Shown: one piece after another, positions 59,673 through 64,000 of the stretch | Layout of the letters: every line of letters begins with the position of its first letter | Position numbering within the stretch: position 1 is the first letter of the stretch | Assembly: GCA_965231215.1 (NCBI GenBank) | Contig: OZ246423.1 | Location: 1,056,001-1,120,000, forward strand | Direction of reading: 5' to 3' | From: Candidatus Altimarinota bacterium | Lineage (GTDB): Bacteria; Patescibacteriota; Gracilibacteria; UBA4473 | DNA: 64,000 bases | Position numbers and translations under genes: made by a program | The notes under the pieces: generated by a model | Told to the model about the DNA's origin: nothing | Database searches by the model: none | The model's input: only the letters and a program-made list of their open reading frames with translations

Positions 59673-61070
59673 CTAAAAGAAATCATCTGGGTCAGTAATT
59701 TTTCCAGTTACAGCGGCTATGGCCACCATCTTGGGGCTCATCAAGTGCGTGAAGCTCCCTTGCCCTTGTCGACCAACAAAGTTTCGGTTCGAGGTTGAGG
59801 CGCATCTAGATCCTGCTGGCACGGCATCGCCGTTCATGGCAATACACATAGAGCATCCAGAACCCCGGACCATAGCTCCGGCTTTTTGAAAAATTTCAAC
59901 AAGGCCTTCAGCTTCACATTGAGCTCGAACTTTTTCCGAGCCTGGAACCACGAACGCCTTTACCCCTTCAGCTACAGAGTTGGTAGCCAGGATCTCAGCG
60001 ACAGCTCGCATATCTTCAATGCGGGAGTTGGTGCAGCTGCCCATAAAGGCATAATCAATGGGAGTATCTTTAATAGGAGTACCCATTCTAAGGCCATTGT
60101 ATTTAAGTGATTTTTCAGCGGCTAAGATTTTGGCTTCATCGCCGATTTCTGCAGCTGTAGGAATATTTTGAGTCACCTCTATGCCTTGTTCAGGATTCGT
60201 GCCCCAGGTGACAAATGGATGCCTTCCTTCTAAATCAATTTTTATAATCGTGTCGTATTCAGCGTCTTGATCTGAAGTCCAGATAGACCATCTTTTAACT
60301 TCTTGATCAAAATTTTTATTCACAAATTCTCTGTCTTTTAAATATTCAAAAGTCTTTTCATCTGGACTGACAATCCCAAATCTACCACCGGCTTCAATAC
60401 TCATATTGCACATGGTCATTCGGCCTTCCATCGAGAGGGCTTTAATGTAGTCACCACAAAATTCCATAGCATGGCCATTAGCCCCTTGGATTCCAATCTG
60501 GGCAATCAAAGCTAAAATAGCATCTTTAGCGGTGAAATGTTTGGTAGGGGTTCCGCTGAATTCCACTTTCATCGTTTTTGGTCGATCCAACAGCAAAGTC
60601 TGTGTAGCCATTACATGTCCAATCTGAGTAGTTCCAATACCAAAAGCTAAGGCCCCGAAGGCTCCGTGAGTAGAAGTATGACTGTCTCCGCACACGATAG
60701 TGCGTCCCGGTTGAGTTAGGCCTAATTCGGGTCCAATCACATGAACAATTCCCTGGGAGCCAGATCCAAAGTCAAAGAGAGGAATCTCAAACTCTTTGCA
60801 GTTAGCCCTCAGTTTGTCTACTTGGGCTTTGGCCTGGTTGTCCACGTAGGCTTTTCGAGTCTTGTCAGTAGGCACCGAGTGATCAAGGGTTGCAAAGTTC
60901 CTATGAGGGCAGGCAAATTTGGTAATACCTCGTTTTCGAAGCCCCTCAAAAGCCTGAGGACTAGTCACTTCATGAATGAGCTGTAGATCAATAAAAAACA
61001 CGTCTGGTGCGCCGGCTTCATGATGCACTTGGTGTGCCTCCCAAATCTTATCAATAATGTTCTGTTTCAT
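59673..61070 (-). CDS. leuC: 3-isopropylmalate dehydratase large subunit
   Basis: HEVTSPQAF, CGDSHTSTHGAFG, GSCTNSR, GCSMC, STSNRNF. Confidence 0.97.
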   Translation of the reverse strand: MKQNIIDKIWEAHQVHHEAGAPDVFFIDLQLIHEVTSPQAFEGLRKRGITKFACPHRNFATLDHSVPTDKTRKAYVDNQAKAQVDKLRANCKEFEIPLFDFGSGSQGIVHVIGPELGLTQPGRTIVCGDSHTSTHGAFGALAFGIGTTQIGHVMATQTLLLDRPKTMKVEFSGTPTKHFTAKDAILALIAQIGIQGANGHAMEFCGDYIKALSMEGRMTMCNMSIEAGGRFGIVSPDEKTFEYLKDREFVNKNFDQEVKRWSIWTSDQDAEYDTIIKIDLEGRHPFVTWGTNPEQGIEVTQNIPTAAEIGDEAKILAAEKSLKYNGLRMGTPIKDTPIDYAFMGSCTNSRIEDMRAVAEILATNSVAEGVKAFVVPGSEKVRAQCEAEGLVEIFQKAGAMVRGSGCSMCIAMNGDAVPAGSRCASTSNRNFVGRQGQGSFTHLMSPKMVAIAAVTGKITDPDDFF

Positions 61071-61244
61071 TAGCTCAAATAATGTAGGGAATTTTGCGGT
61101 TTTGGGAAGGTGATATAAAGAGAAATAAAGTTTATTTAATAGCAGATTTGGCGGTAAGAGGTAGAGAGTTACCTAACTTTGTTTGGACGCAGATTTAAAG
61201 CCTGGGGTACCTGAAACTAAATCACGTTGAGGGAAAGCCCCTGA

Positions 61245-61574
61245 CTACTCCCAAAATTTCCACTGATCAAATCGCACATTTTGAAATGGGGCGAGCGTTT
61301 CTTTTACCGTACTGAACTGATCACTAATAGAGGTTTTTACACCGTTAATTTGTTGATTCACAGCATCGAGTGAAGTCTGAATCGCTTGTACTATTTCCCA
61401 TACCTGCCAGAGCACGTAACCAATAATTGCCAAAAATATAAACGTCCATAAATTACTAAAAATCCAGCTAATCAAGCTTTTATAAAACGGTGGATGAACG
61501 GCTCTATCAATATCTTCTAGCCGGCTCATGATGTAGTCGAGTTTTTGTTCTACGGTTTTTGGTTTTCTAGCCAT
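61245..61574 (-). CDS. Hypothetical single-TM coiled-coil protein
   Basis: 109-aa ORF with one TM and a heptad-like tail. Confidence 0.7.
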   Translation of the reverse strand: MARKPKTVEQKLDYIMSRLEDIDRAVHPPFYKSLISWIFSNLWTFIFLAIIGYVLWQVWEIVQAIQTSLDAVNQQINGVKTSISDQFSTVKETLAPFQNVRFDQWKFWE

Positions 61575-61600
61575 CGGTATTTAGGATAGTAAATGATCTA

Positions 61601-61620
61601 ATTCTGGACAAGCCAGAATA
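61601..61620. repeat. REP-like palindromic unit
   Basis: ATTCTGGACAAGCCAGAATA, identical 20-mer to 59023-59042, 1 nt from the leuA stop. Confidence 0.8.
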
Positions 61621-61621
61621 A

Positions 61622-63145
61622 CTATTGTTTGGCTAAAAGGGCTTTATTAACAACTTCAAGATACGCCAGGATAGCGGCTTTTACAATATCTTCATTTCCG
61701 GCTCGGCCAGTAATCACGTGTCCATTTTTATGTTCTATCCGAACACTAACAACGGCTTGAGCATCAATACCAGAGGTTACGGCATCCATAGTAAATTCAG
61801 TGAGTTTTCCGTGATCGCCACAAATATCTTTAATGCAAGCGTAGGCTCCATCTACCATCCCAGTGCCCTCATGACGAGTAGTTTGGGTTTTGCCTGATTT
61901 TAAATTTTTAAGCGTGACTTCAGCAAAGGGTTTGTCCCTATCTCCAGAACCAACCGCAAAGGCTTCAAGCTCCCAAATATGGTTCTTATGCGCTTCTTCA
62001 CCCATCACTAAGATCATCAAGTCTGAGTCTGATATTTCTTTTTTCTTATCAGCGAGGGCTTTAAATTCTGTAAAAATTTCATTGAGCTGAGTTTCATTGA
62101 GTTGGTAGCCAAGTGCTTTGAGTCTATCGGCCAGGGCGGCGCGCCCAGAGTGTTTTCCTAATACCATTTCGGTCTTTTCTGCGCCGACAGATTCAGGTGT
62201 CATTATTTCATAAGTTTCTCGATTAGCTAAGATTCCGTGTTGATGAATGCCCGCCTCATGAGCAAAAGCATTGCGTCCAACAATAGCTTTGTTAGCCTGA
62301 ACTTTTTGTCCGGTAATCTGCTCAAGCAGTTTAGAAGTTTGATATATCTCAGGGCTTTTAATTCCAGTTTTAATATTATAAAAATCTTTACGAGTTTGTA
62401 GTGCCATTACGACTTCCTCGAGTGAAGCGTTCCCAGCTCGTTCACCGATTCCATTGATAGTACATTCTATTTGCCTCGCTCCATTTTGGACTCCGGCTAG
62501 GCTGTTGGCTACCGCTAAACCTAAGTCATTGTGGCAGTGCGTAGACCAAATGGCTTTATCTGAGTTTGGTACTTGTTTGATCAAGTAGGCTATAAGATCT
62601 CCAAACTCATCTGGGGTAAGATAGCCAACAGTGTCTGGAATATTTATGGTATCGGCTCCAGCCTCGATAGCAGCCGTCAAAACCTTCACTAAAAAATCCC
62701 TATCAGATCGGCTCCCGTCTTCGGGTGAAAAATCGACTCTATCGCATAAAGATTTGGCCAATTTCACCCCTTTAACGGCCATCTCTAGGACTGCTTCTGG
62801 CGATTTTTTCAATTTATATTCCATATGAATAGGGCTGGTAGCAATAAACGTATGGATACGTGGCTTTTCGGCTAATTTTATCGCGTCAGCTGTGGCTTTT
62901 ATATCGTTTTCCATGGCTCGAGCCAGTCCACAAACTTCAGATTTTTTTACCACTTTGGCAATACGTTCCACAGCCGTGAAGTCATCAGGACTGGCCGCGG
63001 GAAATCCAGCCTCCATAACATCTACCCCAAGGCGCTCAAGCTGTAGGGCGAGACGAATTTTTTCTTCAATGTTCATAGAAAATCCAGGAGATTGTTCCCC
63101 GTCTCGAAGAGTTGTATCGAAAATTTTTACGTAGTTTGGGTTCAT
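61622..63145 (-). CDS. leuA: 2-isopropylmalate synthase
   Basis: [37 protein letters not shown]-terminal regulatory domain. Confidence 0.98.
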   Translation of the reverse strand: MNPNYVKIFDTTLRDGEQSPGFSMNIEEKIRLALQLERLGVDVMEAGFPAASPDDFTAVERIAKVVKKSEVCGLARAMENDIKATADAIKLAEKPRIHTFIATSPIHMEYKLKKSPEAVLEMAVKGVKLAKSLCDRVDFSPEDGSRSDRDFLVKVLTAAIEAGADTINIPDTVGYLTPDEFGDLIAYLIKQVPNSDKAIWSTHCHNDLGLAVANSLAGVQNGARQIECTINGIGERAGNASLEEVVMALQTRKDFYNIKTGIKSPEIYQTSKLLEQITGQKVQANKAIVGRNAFAHEAGIHQHGILANRETYEIMTPESVGAEKTEMVLGKHSGRAALADRLKALGYQLNETQLNEIFTEFKALADKKKEISDSDLMILVMGEEAHKNHIWELEAFAVGSGDRDKPFAEVTLKNLKSGKTQTTRHEGTGMVDGAYACIKDICGDHGKLTEFTMDAVTSGIDAQAVVSVRIEHKNGHVITGRAGNEDIVKAAILAYLEVVNKALLAKQ

Positions 63146-63157
63146 ATTTTAATTTTT

Positions 63158-63190
63158 AAAAAAAACAGCTCTGAGTTTTGCTCGAGCTGT
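63158..63190 (-). terminator. Attenuator terminator of the leu operon
   Basis: Minus strand ACAGCTC-GAGCAAAACTCA-GAGCTG followed by 8 T, between leuL and leuA. Confidence 0.85.
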
Positions 63191-63217
63191 CTAGTAATTT
63201 GAAAAATTTTTTCACAC

Positions 63218-63271
63218 CTAAACCGCTCGAATTTCGAGAGTAAGCAGCAGGAGCAGAGAAAAGTTTTTCAT
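63218..63271 (-). CDS. leuL: Leucine attenuator leader peptide MKNFSLLLLLTLEIRAV
   Basis: ATG AAA AAC TTT TCT CTG CTC CTG CTG CTT ACT CTC GAA ATT CGA GCG GTT TAG: five tandem Leu codons, upstream of the terminator and leuA. Confidence 0.88.
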   Translation of the reverse strand: MKNFSLLLLLTLEIRAV

Positions 63272-63282
63272 TTAGCTCAACG

Positions 63283-63310
63283 AGTATACGATTTAACGTG
63301 TGTGAGTCAA
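63283..63310 (-). promoter_or_regulatory. leu operon promoter
   Basis: TTGACT-16 nt-TATACT, 11 nt before the leuL ATG. Confidence 0.75.
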
Positions 63311-63395
63311 TATTATAAAATATTGAATGTTTCTTCATAGAAACGCTAAGAGATATTTAATGATAAAAATCCAAAAACCATTGTGACTTAAAAAT

Positions 63396-63887
63396 TTAAT
63401 CCAACTTTTCTATGAGTTGGTCAATGCCATTCAAAAACAACACCAGAATGATAACCAGCATAATAGCTCCGCTTATCCCCAATATAAGACGTCCGTTATG
63501 GCTTTTTTGAGGTTTAGTGTGTTTGAGCTCAACTTTGTGTACCAACCCATCTCTTATCCACACAATGATGGCAAAAAGACTTACGGTAAGTATCATGAGG
63601 GTTAGCATGATAATCGGGTCAGTCTTCTCTACGATTTTGTAGAGTAAGAAGGCCCCACACAGATTCACCATGAAATGACAGGCAGCATCAATAGCTTCCC
63701 GTATTTGATTTACAGAAATATAATAGACGAAACATCCAATGGGAACAACAAGCCCAATGAAGATAAAGAGTAGGCCCATAATAGGGGCGGCAGTACTAAA
63801 ATATCCGAGTCCTACAATCACCATAAAATAAACCAAAAGCCGAAAGGTAAGTCCGTGACCGTACCACTGATCAAGCCATTTGTCCAT
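63396..63887 (-). CDS. Hypothetical membrane protein (~5 TM)
   Basis: 163-aa hydrophobic ORF. Confidence 0.75.
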   Translation of the reverse strand: MDKWLDQWYGHGLTFRLLVYFMVIVGLGYFSTAAPIMGLLFIFIGLVVPIGCFVYYISVNQIREAIDAACHFMVNLCGAFLLYKIVEKTDPIIMLTLMILTVSLFAIIVWIRDGLVHKVELKHTKPQKSHNGRLILGISGAIMLVIILVLFLNGIDQLIEKLD

Positions 63888-64000
63888 AGTGATGAGAAGT
63901 GCTAAAAAATGATAATTTCATTGTTGAAATTCAGAACCTTGCACATCGTACAGCCCAAGTACGATTTAGACAAGAACCTAGATTTTGCCTTGAACTTATC

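Noticed and set aside
63156-63338. 60-aa ORF upstream of leuA
   Set aside because: Spans the promoter, leuL and terminator in another frame; the attenuator explains the sequence better.

Overview
AT-rich (visually ~38-40% GC) bacterial chromosomal segment read with the standard code 11. SLH proteins, an LPxTG-type anchor, giant orphan proteins and the near absence of Shine-Dalgarno sites suggest Patescibacteria/CPR (Peregrinibacteria/Gracilibacteria-like); this assignment is inference. 1-13.5 kb: a minus-strand cluster of four large proteins: a 1635-aa SH3b/SPOR-like protein with a hydrophobic hairpin, a 1267-aa MoxR-type AAA+ ATPase with altered Walker motifs, a transglutaminase-vWA fusion, and a >595-aa orphan running off the window. 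The two flanking giants share a promoter/leader layout and an N-terminal motif. 13.7-20.6 kb: a lone V-type ATPase A subunit, an FKBP, and a PhcB-like methyltransferase / 7TM histidine kinase / dual-receiver trio (candidate quorum-sensing module). 20.7-35 kb: hisS, a tal-pgi-fbp-LOG-gnd-zwf-GNAT-pgl cluster and peptidases. 35-49.5 kb: mixed accessory genes, rpsO-pnp, and a GC-rich orphan membrane gene with an rrn-like (hairpin + boxA) leader. 49.6-64 kb: purA-dnaA without dnaN, ilvC, and a leuA-C-D-B cluster interleaved with surface proteins and headed by a complete leader-peptide attenuator (leuL, missed by the ORF track). A family of short REP-like palindromes occurs in five intergenic gaps, and many genes look leaderless. 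No rRNA, tRNA, CRISPR array or transposase was seen.
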